Positions 1 through 13,830 are shown, counted from the first letter of the whole stretch. The stretch is 62,960 nt of DNA, filler included, from Licmophora abbreviata (GCA_900291995.1; 11 parts of 11 records of this genome joined end to end with filler, not necessarily neighbours in it), one strand, 5' to 3'. Numbers and translations are program-made. The notes: generated by a model not told the origin, from the letters alone.

Positions 1-538
1 CCATGTCCTCTGATATAGTAGACATGGCCTCTTCGTTTTCCCTTCGTTGCTCAGCTATTCAACGCTTACGAAAGACACCCCGACTTTTTGAAGGAGCAGC
101 GGAAGCCGATCACGGATTGCGAATGAATCACTCGGTCAGTCCCCAAAGAACATGAGACACAACGTTGTGAAACGAGTGGACCGGAGGAATTTGAAACTCG
201 AACGGCCGGCCACGCGTGCGTCAGACCTCGATACCTCGTAAATCTCGTGATGTCACCAGGGTCATTCGTTCAAAAATGTCATAAATGGTTTTCAATAAAT
301 CCCAAGCGAATGTATACATGACCAAATGTCGTAGGGACAGTTTTGATGCTATCACAGGACCCAAACGAGAAGCGCGTTGCTAGATCTACTTCCGCGTTGT
401 CCCTCTGCCGTCTTCAATCTGCCCTTGCCGCTGTCGCTGAGCCGTCTTATTTGCTCGCACTTCCAAGCTTCCAACCGGGGTCTCGTGCCTTCCGTACCAC
501 CTCGACTGGAAGGAGTCAGCGTGAAGGAGGTTTGGAGC

Positions 539-1739
539 ATGGCGCATCAGTTGAAAGACATCGAGGAGCCAAACGAACACGACGTACTGTCGGGCCGCGG
601 AAACTACGTGAATTTCCACCCCGGGAACGAACAGTTTCGTGAGCTAGTACGCTTCCACAAGGTTGCCTACGTCGCAGCTCCCAAATCTCAGAAGCCCAAC
701 TTTGCTAGACTCATCGTGGACGAAATTCGGCGTTTGGGAGGTCGCTTCCTCAAGCAAGATCCTAATTCGAAACTTTGGAATGACATTGGAGACAAGAAGA
801 GTCTTGACAAGACTCGGCAAGCCTTGCGCGAAGGAGCTCCCGATCTGGAAAAAGCTCTGAAGCACGAGGATCCCAAAGCACCAGCAGCGACGGTACGTAC
901 AGTTGCTAATGAAAACCCTTCTTGCTGGGTGCGATTGCTAGTACCCTTGAAAATTTCAAAATGCTAACTCTGTCGCTGTTGCTCCAAAATCAGCCTAAAT
1001 CTCAGTTTGCATCGTATGGTGGGATGGGAACTCACGTCACGGCCCCTTTTCCGAGTCATCCAGCCGTACTCCAGCCTGATGCCATGTCACACCTATCGGG
1101 TGGTATGCACGAACAGTCATCGCTGGCAATGGATCCGGTACTGAAGACACAATTGGAAATGGAGGCCCTGCAAGCAAGACTGAGCGCCCTGTATCCGAAC
1201 GTTCCTGTTCAGCAACGTACAGGATACGCTCTAGCAGCTCAGAATGAAATCGAGCAGCAACAGCGTCAAAACGAGCCTGCAGCAGTGCAAACTTTCTATG
1301 CACCTCGGAAGGATACTTCTGAGACTGACGACGACCAGGAGGAGGAACACTCTGACGACGACTCGAACATTTCGTTGGAGCTACTGCTCGAGGAGGCAAA
1401 GAATCGATCTTGGAGGAAATCGTCCCGAGGCATGTCGCTAGGAGAAATCACAGAAGAGGTAACCTGAGTGCCATGTTTGACGACTCTATGCGCTTCTCCG
1501 AAGACGGTCTGGCCAAGGAAGCGACGAAAGTACCATCGTTGAAGCCAGGGTCGAAGCCTATTGACAAGAGTGACACCAGCGCGTCTATCATGGGGTTTGA
1601 TATGAGCGTGGCTACGATTGGCGATGTTCCCACTGGATATGAAGGCAGCTCCATGAACATGTCGTTCACAAATGTATTTGATGAGTCTGACGCAATGCTC
1701 ACGTCGATGGCTCCTGAGAAGCACGCGAAAACGAGTTAA
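539..1739 (+). CDS. DUF6824-domain protein (diatom-expanded family); intron 893-993; apparent 1-nt frameshift near 1458
   Basis: HDVLSGRG..N.HPGN..FR.LV ... GGRFLK ... K..QALRE motif. GTACGT...CTAAC...CAG intron keeps frame. C-terminal ORF 1410-1739 joins if one G is restored at GAGGT. Confidence 0.75.
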
Positions 1740-1826
1740 TTTCCAATGGGGGCTTTTAGCTTATACCGTGTGCCTGCTTTCGAGTGGCTTTTTCATACTC
1801 CATCTACATAAGACTTGTTAACTTTC

Positions 1827-3164
1827 CTACTCCTCTGCTTCACATGTTGTTTCCAATGGAGGCTCAATTTCTGCTCCATTCAGTTTAGCAAAGCGACCTT
1901 TGCCCCTGGGAAACACCATGTCGTCGCGGGGCCACGACCACCCACCAAACTGCGTTCTCTGATAGTCCATGAAGGCCTGCTGAATCTCGGCCTCTGTATT
2001 CATCACAAATGGCCCGTACTTGGCTACTGGCTCATCTATGGGCCTGCCCTGAAGCAAGAGAAACTCGCTGGCGGTCGTACTCGAGTCTGAGAGTTCCATC
2101 TCAACGTCCTTTGTTGGATCTACGGTCAAGACGACGTGCGAGTCAATCGTTTGCCCATCGACTGTCACTCCATCTAAACCTTCGACCAAAAAGAGAGCAC
2201 GATTGACACCTGGGTCATTCGCTTTGGGTAGCACCAGCTTTCCACCTGGCCGAACTGTGATATGAATCACTGCCACATCATTGCTAGGATCATTTGCCCA
2301 ACTGTTCGGCGGCGGTTCGTTCTGTTCCTCTGCAAAATTCACCGAGGAAAATACCAACCTGAGCAACTGATCTCGTCTGATGAAATGTGAATCCGTACCA
2401 CCTCACTCACCTTTGACACCGAAATAGTGTCCTGCCCATACCGTGGCGGAAGCTTTGCCATCTTCAGTTGTATACTTGGGCACTTGGCTATTCCAAAACA
2501 TGGAAAAACTGGGCGGAACCATTTTGCTGCGTTGCGGCAGATTGAGCCAAATCTGAAAGAATCTGGTGGGATTGTCGCGGCTGGTCGAAAGGAGGGGGAA
2601 CATTTCAGAATGCACCACGCCCTTCCCGGCCGTCATCCACTGGACATCTCCCTGACCATAACGGCCCGCATTACCAACACTATCGGCGTGATCAATGATG
2701 CCGTCCATGGTGGCTGTAATCGTTTCAAATCCACGGTGGGGGTGTTGTGGGAAACTGAGATATTTTTTAAGAATAGCAATGGGGACAGAAAAGTGGTGAG
2801 ACAAACTTAGATATAGAATTCAAAGGGAAGAAAGTATGATCCTTACCCTGGAATTGTTTCTCCGTGGTACATACGATATGGCTGTTTCGAAATTCGAAAC
2901 GGACAATCAAACTGGTTAGGCAGTCGCTCGGACAAAAGAGTAGAGAGTAGACTAAGCACCGTATCTACTACTCACCGCAGAAGGGTCGAAATCCTGTCCG
3001 TTTCCTATGCGAGGAGCCTCCATTCTTTCATTGACACCGGGAGGATACTGATCTTTGTGGTAGACACAGAATAAGAAAGGATCGGCCGTAGGATACGGGC
3101 CTGACACGGGCAAGGCGCGGGATGAGAGTATCGAAGCCATGGCAGACAAGGATCTATGGGTCAT
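1827..3164 (-). CDS. Pirin family (bicupin) protein, 4 exons
   Basis: [52 protein letters not shown] and EPV..YGPFVMN motifs. Small exon [12 protein letters not shown] near 2846-2882 is flanked by AG/GT. Confidence 0.9.
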
Positions 3165-3814
3165 TCAGTAGCAGTCTTCGAAAACCGAACAAGGGACGAG
3201 AGGTGTAGTATCATCCCCATCGCCACGATGGTGAAGATTCGATTCAAAAGATTGCTTTTCCCGCCATCAGCGTCCGTCCATCTACCATGACACGGGCTCC
3301 AATCCATTGAATCAATCAATCCATAATCCATTGAAAAAGAGCGCGAATCTCGACAAGCTGGTCGGAGATCGCGGATGCGAGAATGGATGGATCTGATTGG
3401 CGCATTTAGTGTCATTCTTTCGTCACATGTTCAGTTTGCTATCAGCCCTTTATCTAAACATCTCGTACATACTGAGATTTGCGTAGAATCTACACTGTTC
3501 TTTGCATTCTTGCACTTCCATCATCCTGTCAGCTGCAGGTAGAATCCTACGTCTCTTCAGTACTGCTCCTTCGTGTTCGCTCTTTCCAATTTTATGCGAA
3601 CCAGACCATCAAACATCTGCCAAGGAACAGTTTGGACCGCTGTCTTTCGTCTTTCGTCTGCTCGTTTCATTCATTTCGATTCGCGTGCCAACTGCTGTGT
3701 CATTTTGCTCCGTGTGTCGGTTGCTCTGGACTACACAGTGCTTCTTACAAGACTCTTACCGCTCAGACTAGTCATAGAAGCATTCAAAACCACCCACAAA
3801 ACTTTGAAATCATC

Positions 3815-5456
3815 ATGCAACGCGTATCTAGCCGCCAACGATTGGTTTCTTGGGATGCCTTTGATGCCACTGTTCACTCCGACGAGGACAGCGGTGACGA
3901 CACTCAGACTTGCTCCACTTCTTCTCGTTCTTATTCTCTTCGAACGGAAGAAGAGGAGATTCCTTTGGTGGGTCGCAAGCGCGAGCGTCCTCTTTTCTCC
4001 AAGAAAGGACGAAAGAGCAGTACAACCAAGACTGCCACCGCGTCGCCCTGCTTTGCCTTGATGAAGCGCGATGTCTCTCTTGCCAACCTCGTCGAAACTC
4101 CCGTGACGATTCCGGCGCAAGATTGGGAAGTCGGATTGGCGAGTAGCGAGGAGGAGGTTCACTTCAGCGATCTAAACCAGGATGTCCAGCTGCACGCACT
4201 GTCCTTCTTGACGGCCGCGGACGCGAGGGACTTTTCGGTGGTCAATCGCACGTCGCGCAAGCTGGTCTTGAGCCCCGAAGCGAGGTTCCTATGGCGCAAC
4301 TGGTTGGCTCGGCAGTGGCCTTTGCTCCAGTCTATGCACAGCCTCACGCTTGTGGATTCATCTCGACTTCCCACTCCCGGCAAGACTTGCTTCCCCGACA
4401 AACTGAACCTTTCGGGACTTCTTGCGATGGCAGCCAAGTATCAGCCACAGTGTGTCGACAAGGCCACCATGGTACCACAGACCCTAGTGTCGCTCCGAAG
4501 GTTCCGTCCGGAACCGAAGCAAACCATCTTTCGAACGTTGGAGAAGCCTGATGGAACCAAGGCGCTTCAGTTTTTGGGTAAGGTCGGAACTGGCGATCGT
4601 TGCATCCGTTCCGATCAGCCTCTGTCGCGTCCGCTGTACAATAGTGCGATCGGAGACAAGGTGAGCTCAAGTCACAATGGGATAGCGGTCATAGGGCGAT
4701 GTAGTAGGTACCTGGTACGCGCGGAAACTGACAAGCCCTTGACCTCTTCTTGTTTGATAGGCTTCGCTGCTCAAGAAAATTCTGTGCCGCACTGCCCCCA
4801 ACCAAGTCGCGCGCCTTCCTCCCTGGCGCCCGTTTGTTGCCCCGTTTGTCACTGCATCTTCGAATGGAACGGCACGAAGCGTTAATTTAACCCCACGCTT
4901 GGTTTCCTACTACGAAGTGTCCATCCTGGAACGACCCACACGAAGTGACAGTGACGACGAAGACTCCGTTTCGACGGACCCCATTGCCCGACGCCATCCC
5001 GGCGCCTCGGACTGTGTGGCGGTTGGCGTTGCCCCGCGTCACTTTCATGTGCACACCCGCATGCCCGGCTGGGATAACATCTCATATGGCTACCACGGAG
5101 ACGACGGCGGCATCTTTCATGGTGCTGGCGAGATGGAACGCCGCTTTGGCCCGGCGTTTGGCGCAGGCGATACCGTGGGATGCGGTGTGGACTATACCAA
5201 CGGCGGCATCTTTTTCACGCTGAATGGAAGGTTTCTGGGATATGGCTGGAGTCATCTCAATATCGAGTATCTTCAGCAAGACTTGTATCCGACCGTTGGC
5301 GTCGACACCAACTGGCCTGTCCAGTGCAACTACGGCGAACATCCCTTTCAGTTTAATCTTTCAGGCATGGTGAATGGCCAAGAGGGAATGGTGCGTGAGT
5401 GCACGGCTGCGGCCCGTTATCCGGGTAAGGCATATCGAAGGAATCACTCTCTCTAG
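3815..5456 (+). CDS. F-box-like + SPRY (RanBP9/10-type) domain protein; intron 4661-4760
   Basis: FSDLNQDVQLHALSFL F-box-like segment; SPRY motifs YYEV, MPGW...SYGYHGDDG, FG.GDTVGCG, IFFTLNG, LYPTVG. Confidence 0.85.
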
Positions 5457-5533
5457 ATACGATTGCGAAGCAATCTTTGCGTCCACAAGTTGTATAAAAG
5501 TAGTAGCAAAGAGTCATGACATTACACGAGAGC

Positions 5534-7450
5534 TTAGCTGGTTTGCATTTCCACATCGCCATCCTCCTCTAGTAGGTTGTCAGAAGCTAATTTGAGATTG
5601 AATGATTCAGCTTTTCCGCTTGCCACAGATAAGACCTGGTCCCAGAAGTGTGCTACTCCCTTGGCCGCGAGCACCTTGCGAGCGACATCGGATGTTTCAC
5701 AAGACTGAAACACGAAACCCTTGAACAAACGCTTGGCGCCCATGCCCGTCCACACCAGTTCACACTTGTTGTCTGCGTTGAACTGCAAAAGAGACAATGT
5801 GAGTTAATGGCGCCAAGCAGTTGACCTGATTATCAGCGAGCCTTTGCGTACCTTGTGTGCCACAGCTTCTCCGTCGCCATCTTCCCCCTCGTCACTCCCT
5901 GCATCATCTGTACCGCCCCATTTCATTCGCACTGTCATTAGACGCGTATACCGCTTGATGGCTTTCGGTCCTCCCTCGCAAATGACACACGCTAGCGGGG
6001 GATGGTGACATTCCAACACTCCTCCAGTCAAATTGTTCTGCTGAGCATTCAAATCGACCTTGGTACGGTGATATGGGTGACTCATGTCTTTCACCCAAAA
6101 CAGGGCGACCGACACGCCCTGCGAAGTATCCTCTGTTAGCTTCTTTTTTCTTTTCTCACTCCTCTGTTCCTTCGTGAGTCGGTTCGCTTCATTGCGCTCC
6201 AAGTGTGCACGCTGTCGTACCTGCATCTGTTCCACCACCTTTTGTTCCATCTGCGAGGGATCCAAAAAGGCTTGATCTCCCAAGACTTGAATGAAGTTCT
6301 TGAGCGTCAATCGAGGTTCCGGAGGAGCAATTAATCCCGCAGCTTGCATATCTTGGAGTTCCCGTTGTCTTTCGGCACGACGCAGTTTTCGCTGCCTCTT
6401 GCGCTCCGTTTTTGTCAGATGCAGAGTCGGTTGTGCCGGCGGCCCAGTAGGGCCTGTCTTGACGGGTACAATATGCTGCACCAACTCAGCCGTCTTGCTG
6501 TACGACAACGAGGCCTGGTCAAAACAGAGCTTCTGAAGCTCTTCACTATCCACTGTTTCGTTGTCCGCTTCTGGTTTTGACTCCTCTCCTGCGTTACTCG
6601 CAGAAGGACCCTTCAGTTGTTGCAGCTGAGCTTGAGACTGTTTGGACAGGGCCTTTCCTTCTTGACTTGCCACTTGTTTTTTCAATTTCGACGGCAATAA
6701 CTCTACATCCCACCATTCTAATACTTGTGGCATGCTAGTTTTGGAATCCATGTCGGCTCGCGGCATGAGCTCGCTACCATCTTCGTCTCCCGCAGCAGCA
6801 GCACCACCGCCGTAGACACTGGCCATGTCGCTGGCATGAACAAACTTGCCTGCCTTGCGCCCGCTGACAAAGCCGCTTTCCAAGGCATTCGCCGCCTTTT
6901 GACGCTTGCGCTCGGCAACTTCAACAAACGTGCCCGGTTCAATAAAAGAAAACGACTTGTGTTTGGAACGGGTCTTGGAAGTGCGAGAGGCGAGTCGCTC
7001 GTCTTGAGCGTCGTCTTGCGGCTGCGTGTCAGCTCCAACAGTTTCATCCTCCAGTTCGTCCTTTTCGCGATGTGCTAGATAGGGGTTCACTTTTTTCTTG
7101 GGAGCAGAGGCATGTGCAGGTTGTTGCTGGTCGCCACGAAAGGTGGGTGCCGTCGTGGACAAGTCAAGCTCGTAATGCTTGGCCTTCTTGACAGGTCGTG
7201 CCTCCTGTGGCGTCGGATTTGCTTCGGCCGGCCGCTTCAGTGTTGCAGGCTGCTTGAGGGCAGCAAGTCTCTGGCGAATACTCTCTTGCAATGCCAATGC
7301 CTTGGCTTTCGCATCGTCGGGTGCAGTCTTTTTTTCAGCGTCAGACGGATGGGTATCCTGAGCAGCGTCGCCCCATCGCTTTCGTCGACGCTTGCGGGAA
7401 GGCTCCGTTGGAGCGGCAATGTGTACGGGTGTTTTGCTTTCTCCTGGCAT
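5534..7450 (-). CDS. PRP3: U4/U6 snRNP protein Prp3; intron 5783-5851
   Basis: LEWWD, LVQHIVP, LHLTKTERKRQRKLRR, PPEPRLTLKNF..VLG, KVDLNAQQ..LTG, EGGPKAIKRY.RLM, NKCELVW.G. Confidence 0.93.
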
Positions 7451-7735
7451 AATGATGATGCCAGCGCGCTCTTAAATTAAGACAGGTGATCCAAACGGAA
7501 AAAGAGAGCACAGGAGAGTGACGATTGTTGCAGCGACGGCGTCGACAAAGAAACGAAATCTCATGGTCACGGTGAGCCTTGGTCTCGCGATGATCTTGCG
7601 AAACGGATGCACGGCTGGACGTTGGCGAGGTCTGCGGTCTGGAAAGTTCTGGAGATGAACCATGTTTCATTTTAGTCCGCATGATGGCGACGATGGCGAA
7701 GAACGGCGATACATCAACGAGGCGACGATGCATGG

Positions 7736-9772
7736 ATGCTTATCTTAGTTTCCCATCTACACATGTCCTCCGATACAAGTAGTACTGCTGCTAGCCAGCC
7801 TTGGGCTTCTGCTGTGCTGTTCGTTGGAACTGTCCTGGCGTCACAAGCCCTCCAATATGCATTGGTGGGTTCACGAAGAGACAAACAGAAATCCCGTTCA
7901 TCAGCGGAAGAGGATCGATGGCGAACTGACGACTTTCCTCGGACGAAACGAATAGAAAGAAGCAATGGCCGACAATCAGGTCCGTCGCAGCGGATGATGA
8001 CCCGTGAGAGAATACCGGTAGGTTCCATTTTCAACTTCGTCGAAGTGTATCCTCCCCTGACTTATGTTCTGACTCGCCTCTTTTAATACTTTCTCCGTCA
8101 TGAATTTTCCACTGTAGTCTGATGCCAGTCCATATGACTTTCTCCCGAAGAACCGAAACTGGGCTCATTTTGACCTTTCAAAGTGGAACACTGCTGATTC
8201 TTTCAAGCCGAAACGAAAGACGTCCTTGGATGAGTCGCGCTTAGGCGAACCACCAGACGAGAACGACGAGACCTCCAACAGTAATAGTGATAATGCCGAA
8301 TCCTCCGACCAAGAGGAATCCTTTCTCTGGACGAGTGCCAGCAGCACAAAGCTCCATCACTGCGATGATGAGAATTCAAAATCCCAATTGTCTCGAGGTG
8401 TTTCGCCCCCGGAGGCGGCTGTCGCACCGGTCGACACGCATGGCAACCGCAGCGCTTTCGAACAGCCCTCTCGTCTGCCCTCTTGGCTTGCCGCCATGAG
8501 AAGAAGCGAGGGAGAAGCGAGAAGTCCCTGTGAGGTGCGGCAGACGTCATTTGACGGAGACTACGAATCCAACGCTGTGCTTGCATCAGAACGCTCGTTG
8601 GAGGAGCACGCTCAAGATATTCTCGACCGCCCCCCGGACAGATCCCCCGAGACGCACATGGCTGCTTCGTCGATACACATCAAATCTAGAGCGATATCCA
8701 CACTCTCGTAGCATGATTAGCACCGAGGATGGGGACGAAGAAATGGAGATTCAGTGGCACAATCGCAACGCGAGAGCACAGTACAATGCGCAAATTATGC
8801 CCAACAAAGTTGTCATGGTGCGCCATGGGGAATCGATGGGAAATATCGATGAAGAGCTGTACTCGACGACTCCCGACAATGCCATGCCGCTCACAAAGTA
8901 CGTTTGTAGCTCGATTGCAGTGCTATCCGGCAAGCTTTCGCTCACACTCGCCTGTCTCTTGTCCCTCGCAGACTCGGTTGGGAAGAAGCGCGCAAGGCAG
9001 GAAGCGTGCTCAAGAGGAAGGTTCTGACGAGCGGGGAGACAGTCCATTTCATCGTCAGCCCGTATGTGCGCACGGTCGAGACGTTCCACGGCTTGGTATC
9101 GGCGTGGTGTGATCCCTCCGAGTTCAGTCACATTTCGGATCGTGAGGAGCGACTGAAGGCGTGGTATGGAAGACTCCTGGAGCTGGGACTGACATGGCAC
9201 GAAGATCCGAGGATACGAGAGCAAGATTTTGGCAACTACCAGGTACTTGCATGTGATACCTTAGTCCGGTTGCCAGACAAGGCTCGCGCTGACTCGTCCT
9301 CATACTTCAACTCATTCCACAGGACCCCAAATCTATGAAAGCACACAAGCGCGAGCGTTCTCGATTCGGCACTTTCTTCTATCGGTTTCCTCACGGCGAA
9401 TCTGCATCAGATGTGTTTGATCGAGTCTCGACATTTCTTGATTCCTTGTGGCGCAGCTTTGATCTGAATCGATCGCGGAACTATGTATTGGTGACACACG
9501 GCATCAGCATTCGAGTACTCCTGGCGCGATACTTTCGCTACTCAATTGATCAGTTCAATGTTCTGTCGAATCCAAAAAATTGTGAGATGATCATTTTGGG
9601 CCACGATGGCGAAGGGCGACTCCAGCTAAATGGACGATGCGAAGTGATACACAAAGAGACGGCGTCTGGAGAAGTGATTGCAGGGCACGCTTTTCACAAA
9701 CGGCTCCGCGTTCAACCGCAGCAATCGGTCAAGAAAGCTAAGATTCGGATCTCATATGATGATAGCGACTGA
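7736..9772 (+). CDS. Histidine phosphatase / phosphoglycerate mutase-like protein with long N-terminal extension; introns ~8018-8117, 8898-8971, 9243-9322; apparent frameshift at C6 run 8630-8635
   Basis: VMVRHGES catalytic motif, VSPY.RT, EDPRIREQDFGNYQ, FFYRFP.GES.SDVFDR, LVTHG; N-terminal hydrophobic helix. Confidence 0.85.
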
Positions 9773-10205
9773 GTCCATCTGCGCTGTCTGCAGCAGAGAA
9801 CGCTGTCTTCTGAGAGCATGACGATGATCGGTGATCGCACCTGAACAGAGTCGTGTCAAGAGCCTGATTTTGGTGAAATAGAAATGGCCAATGCAAAAGC
9901 AGCGATTCAGACCCCCACGTCTGCCAGAGACCTGATTCAGCAGTTGACTAGCTTTGCTACGAGCTGCTCTCCTTCTTACGTCGTCGCGGCGACACAACCC
10001 TTCGGCATTAGTTCAAACTGAAACCGGTGAGATGCCTGCCAGGTAACAAGTCGAACGAGTCGAGTCGTTGGGCTCGTGCGCGCGCGGGTATCTTTGTGGA
10101 GAGTCTATTTCAACATTGAACATTCAAAATGGAGAGTGCCACAGTGCCACTCTTCTGGGTAAGAATCTGCATGCTGTTGTCCCTCCGAAGACCCCCTATA
10201 GAGTT

Positions 10206-10867
10206 ATGTTGAGCTTTCGCCTTCTCTCGGCTTTCGCGGGCGTTGCTCTGATGACGAGTTCGTCCAGTGGATTCATGGTCCAGACCTCCGGTCAGAGGCC
10301 AAGGACGGCACTGCATATGGCTCCCAAAACAGATGACACCATTGTGAAGGACCTGGTCAATGCGTTTGGTATTGTCGCCTTGGCATCGGCATTGGTGTTT
10401 AACGCGCCTGCGGAAGTATCTGCGGCGACTACGGAACATACCAACTCCATGGGTAAGCAAGAAGACTGGTCAGGGCTGGAATTTCTATTCTCTTCTTGAA
10501 CTTGTGCACTTATCGATCTTTCCCCTTCACATACGAAGTGGTATACTCTTCGTCGATCCAAGTGTCCGACGCTATCAGAACAATGGACATGAGCCTTCCG
10601 ACCTACGATAAGATCTCGGATGCTCAGACGGGCGCCGAGGAGCTAAAGTCGCTCTCGAAAGAAGCCGTCAAGGAGGCTGAAGGCGGCAGTTTGGGAATTT
10701 CGCTCCCGAAAAGCAAGAATTCGCCTTCAACAAAGCAAGTTACGAGGCAGAAAGCAGAGGTGGAGAAGGAAGACAAGCCGAACCCAAAAATAAAGATTGT
10801 CGAAATGGATTTGCCGTCTTACTCGGAAAACACGGCGACCAAGGAAAGGGGAGCTTTTTCTCTCTAG
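10206..10867 (+). CDS. Predicted plastid (possibly thylakoid lumen) protein of unknown function; intron 10453-10538
   Basis: Signal peptide ending SSSG|F, transit region ending TALHM, second hydrophobic stretch ending AEVSA; repeated MD(MS)LP(T/S)Y motif. Confidence 0.65.
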
Positions 10868-11113
10868 AACTAGGCTAGAGCCCTCTGCGTGACTTTTATG
10901 GGAGTATAGTAGAATAAACCGATGTTCGTTTGTTTTAGAACCTTCTACCAAAAGTAGACTATGACTACTTGTACATCAGTGCCATGTTAGCAGTCGCAGC
11001 CTTCCACCCCCATAACCTGGGGTCTGGCGCCCTCCCGTGTCCGCTCAAAACATCTTGAGAAATCCTGTCGCGCGCACATTCATCACATTCATCTTCTGCG
11101 TCAACAGCTCTCC

Positions 11114-12160
11114 ATGAAGGTCAAGACGATGTTTACGAGCGCTCTCTTTGCAGCCTCCTCTTCCACCGCGGCAGCATTTGCCCCGAAGAGCAAGTTGGCT
11201 TTCTCCCATGTCACGAAACGGGCTTTCTCTCGCTCTACTATGACCATGATGGCCAACCCGAAAGGTGACTGATGTCATTCATTGGTACTGAAAACGCGTA
11301 CGAGTCTACGTCTCACATTTTCGTCGTCCACTGAACTCTATCGTTGAAGTGTACTTTGATATGGAAGTCGGAGGCGAAGACGCGGGTCGTATCACCTTTG
11401 AGTTGCGAGCTGATGTTGCCCCGAAGACTGCTGGTAAGCAGAAATGTGTGTTGGTGATCTGTCCGTCCGTCGCTCGGTCGTCCGACTGCTATATCAACCC
11501 AGAATGATACCGGTGGCCATGATAGATCTACTCGATACTCACTCTATTGCTCTTTCTCTTGAATACTCTATTCGTTAGAAAACTTCCGAGCTCTTTGCAG
11601 CGGCGAGAACGGCTTCGGATACGCTGGCTCCTCGTTCCACCGAGTGATCCCTCAGTTCATGTGCCAAGGTGGCGATTTCACCAATCACAATGTACGATAC
11701 AAGTAGTGCTCTGTCTGCGTTGTGTGCTTGTTTGGATCCTTCTCACCTGGATTTCGATCTTTTAATCATTAATTACACAGGGTACCGGCGGCAAGTCGAT
11801 CTACGGAAACAAGTTTGAGGACGAAAACTTTGAGCTCAAGCACGAGGGCAGGGGCATTCTGTCGGTAAGTTACAAACGACCAAAAGGCAAGCATTGACCA
11901 CAACGAGGCTTTGCACGCCATCTAATAACTTGCGATCTACTTATCTCTGCTACGGTACTCAGATGGCGAACGCTGGACCTGACACTAATGGAAGCCAGTT
12001 CTTCATCTGCACGGTCGATACCCCCTGGTTGGATGGAAAACACGTTGTGTTCGGCAAGGTTGTGGACGGATTGGACGTGGTCGACGCGATTGAGGAGGTC
12101 GGATCGCAAAGTGGAGCGACGTCAAAGTCGGTCAAGATCAAGGAATGTGGCGAGCTCTAA
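11114..12160 (+). CDS. Cyclophilin-type peptidyl-prolyl isomerase with plastid-type presequence; introns 11265-11349, 11434-11578, 11692-11780, 11865-11962
   Basis: Reassembled exons give NPKVYFDM...PKTAENFRALC...[32 protein letters not shown]...[25 protein letters not shown]-terminal AAAFAP. Confidence 0.95.
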
Positions 12161-12294
12161 AGGGAGCAAGGTATAGCTTTGGCGGACTTTTAAAATAGCG
12201 GTTAGGCCTGCTGGCGACAAACACTTTTTCCTGGTGCAATTTTTGTCCACACGCCTCTTGTTCGACCGCCCCTGAGCATTCTGAGCTAGAGAAA

Positions 12295-13175
12295 CTACGC
12301 CATCACACCATCTCTCCCCGGATCGGAAATCGCAACAAGCACGTCCTTCGAAGCGGGATGAGACGAGCTACAGACTTCGACACCATCAACGTTGTCAAGG
12401 CATTGCCAGCGCGATTTTCTGCGCTCCTCTCTTCGATTGGACCCTACATAGACGCCGCTACCATCGGCCTCGTCAATTGGTTCCGAAAGATCGCTCATTT
12501 TGGACGCCAAACGCATGGTACGAAGTGATGAAAGCTGAATCGATATTCGTCGACGACTACTGTCCTTCCCTCGAATCCATCGGACAAAGTTCACCGAAGG
12601 ATCTGGAACGCAGTTTTCTTTGACTTCCTCCCTGTGATAAAAAGCAATACCGATAGTGTTAGAACCATGGAAGCAGAGACTATCAGAGACAGTTGCTTTC
12701 GTTTGCCGTGACACTCAGTATGTCAGAGCAATTCGCATCCATCCCTCCATACGTACCACGAAGAATAGGTCGATTCATCAGACGTAGTTTCTTCAACACC
12801 ATTTTCTTCGGCCCGGATCAATTTTAAATATACTTGTCTTGCCTTTCGTTTCGTCCAATACCACCAAGCCACCGCCACCATAGGGAACAACAGGCAATTG
12901 TATGAGATGACTGGTTTACCGGTGTCCACAAAGGTCGCGATTGCGGGTGGACTGTTATCTTTCGTATCGATATCTACGACGAGAGGCATGGCCACCGGAT
13001 GCCCTCTAGTAATTTCTTGAGTCTTCAGCATGGACTTTGCTTCAATCGTTGCGACCGGAGACAGCTCACCGTGCTGTGGCTGCTGCTGGCGGTCCTCCCA
13101 AGGCGCCTCATAACGGTGCTGTGCCTGAAATTCACTTTCATTGGCTCTCTTCAATCTCCTGTTTCGTCTTCTCAT
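12295..13175 (-). CDS. Hypothetical single-pass membrane protein; intron ~12633-12756
   Basis: ORF with TM helix (CLLFPMVAVAWWYW) followed by basic residues; GTACGT...CTAAC...CACAG intron links the two ORFs. Confidence 0.5.
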
Positions 13176-13373
13176 TCTATTCTATTCAAGAAACTTCTTG
13201 ATGTTCCTCGTTGCTCTCTTGTGCTCTTGGACTGTCAGAAAAGGGTACGAGCCGCGGAATGTTTCACCATGAGTTGGCGTGTGTGTGTGTCGTTCCTTTT
13301 CGGTAGTTTTTCGTTCCGTTGTTTTACGGAAAGAGTGGCGGGAGCGCGCGCACTACATACACTCTACAACGCA

Positions 13374-13473
13374 NNNNNNNNNNNNNNNNNNNNNNNNNNN
13401 NNNNNNNNNNNNNNNNNTTAATTAATTAANNNNNNNNNNNNNNNNNNNNNNNNNNNNNNNNNNNNNNNNNNNN
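13374..13473. other. Assembly spacer 44N-TTAATTAATTAA-44N (also at 17268, 22921, 28694, 34383, 38748, 42383, 54938, 60433, 61600; 100 bp each)
   Basis: Identical 100-bp structure ten times; the 12-mer has stops in all six frames. Confidence 0.98.
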
Positions 13474-13830
13474 AGGGCTGTCATCCAGCATCCCTTTCTG
13501 TTTGGTGTCTTGTGTATGGCAGCTATTGTGTACTATTTCTTGGACAGATTTATTTTGGGGGCTGCTCAAAGGTACTGGGTGCACATGGAACGCCATCGCA
13601 TGACGCTTCGAGAGGCGTACGTGTACAGCATTAGCGATTCCATTGCCGACCATCAGCGTCTCGACAAGCTCATTGAATCGAGAAAGAAGGAAAACCCCGA
13701 AATGTCGATTTTGACCCGCAAGTTTCACTACAGCACGCACTGCCAGCACATGCTCGTTCACAAGAAGGCGTACTGCTTGCTCTTGGACGAAATGCTGAAA
13801 AAGGTAGAGGACGAGGGTGCTGCCAAGTGA
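13474..13830 (+). CDS. 3' part of a DUF829/TMEM53 family alpha/beta-hydrolase-fold protein (5' end in gap)
   Basis: YVYSISDSI.DH..L.KLIE.RK ... KF..STHCQH...H.K.Y parallels the C-terminus of the next gene (FIYSPNDDITDH..L..LIE.RK ... KF..SRHVQH). Confidence 0.7.
   Translation, partial: RAVIQHPFLFGVLCMAAIVYYFLDRFILGAAQRYWVHMERHRMTLREAYVYSISDSIADHQRLDKLIESRKKENPEMSILTRKFHYSTHCQHMLVHKKAYCLLLDEMLKKVEDEGAAK

Noticed and set aside
9815..9880. C-box-like ATGACGA with downstream CTGA in the PGM 3' region
   Set aside because: No terminal stem or recognisable rRNA antisense element
13418..13429. TTAATTAATTAA recurring ten times, as a possible biological repeat or TTAA transposon target
   Set aside because: Always centred between two 44-N blocks; it is an artificial six-frame-stop gap spacer
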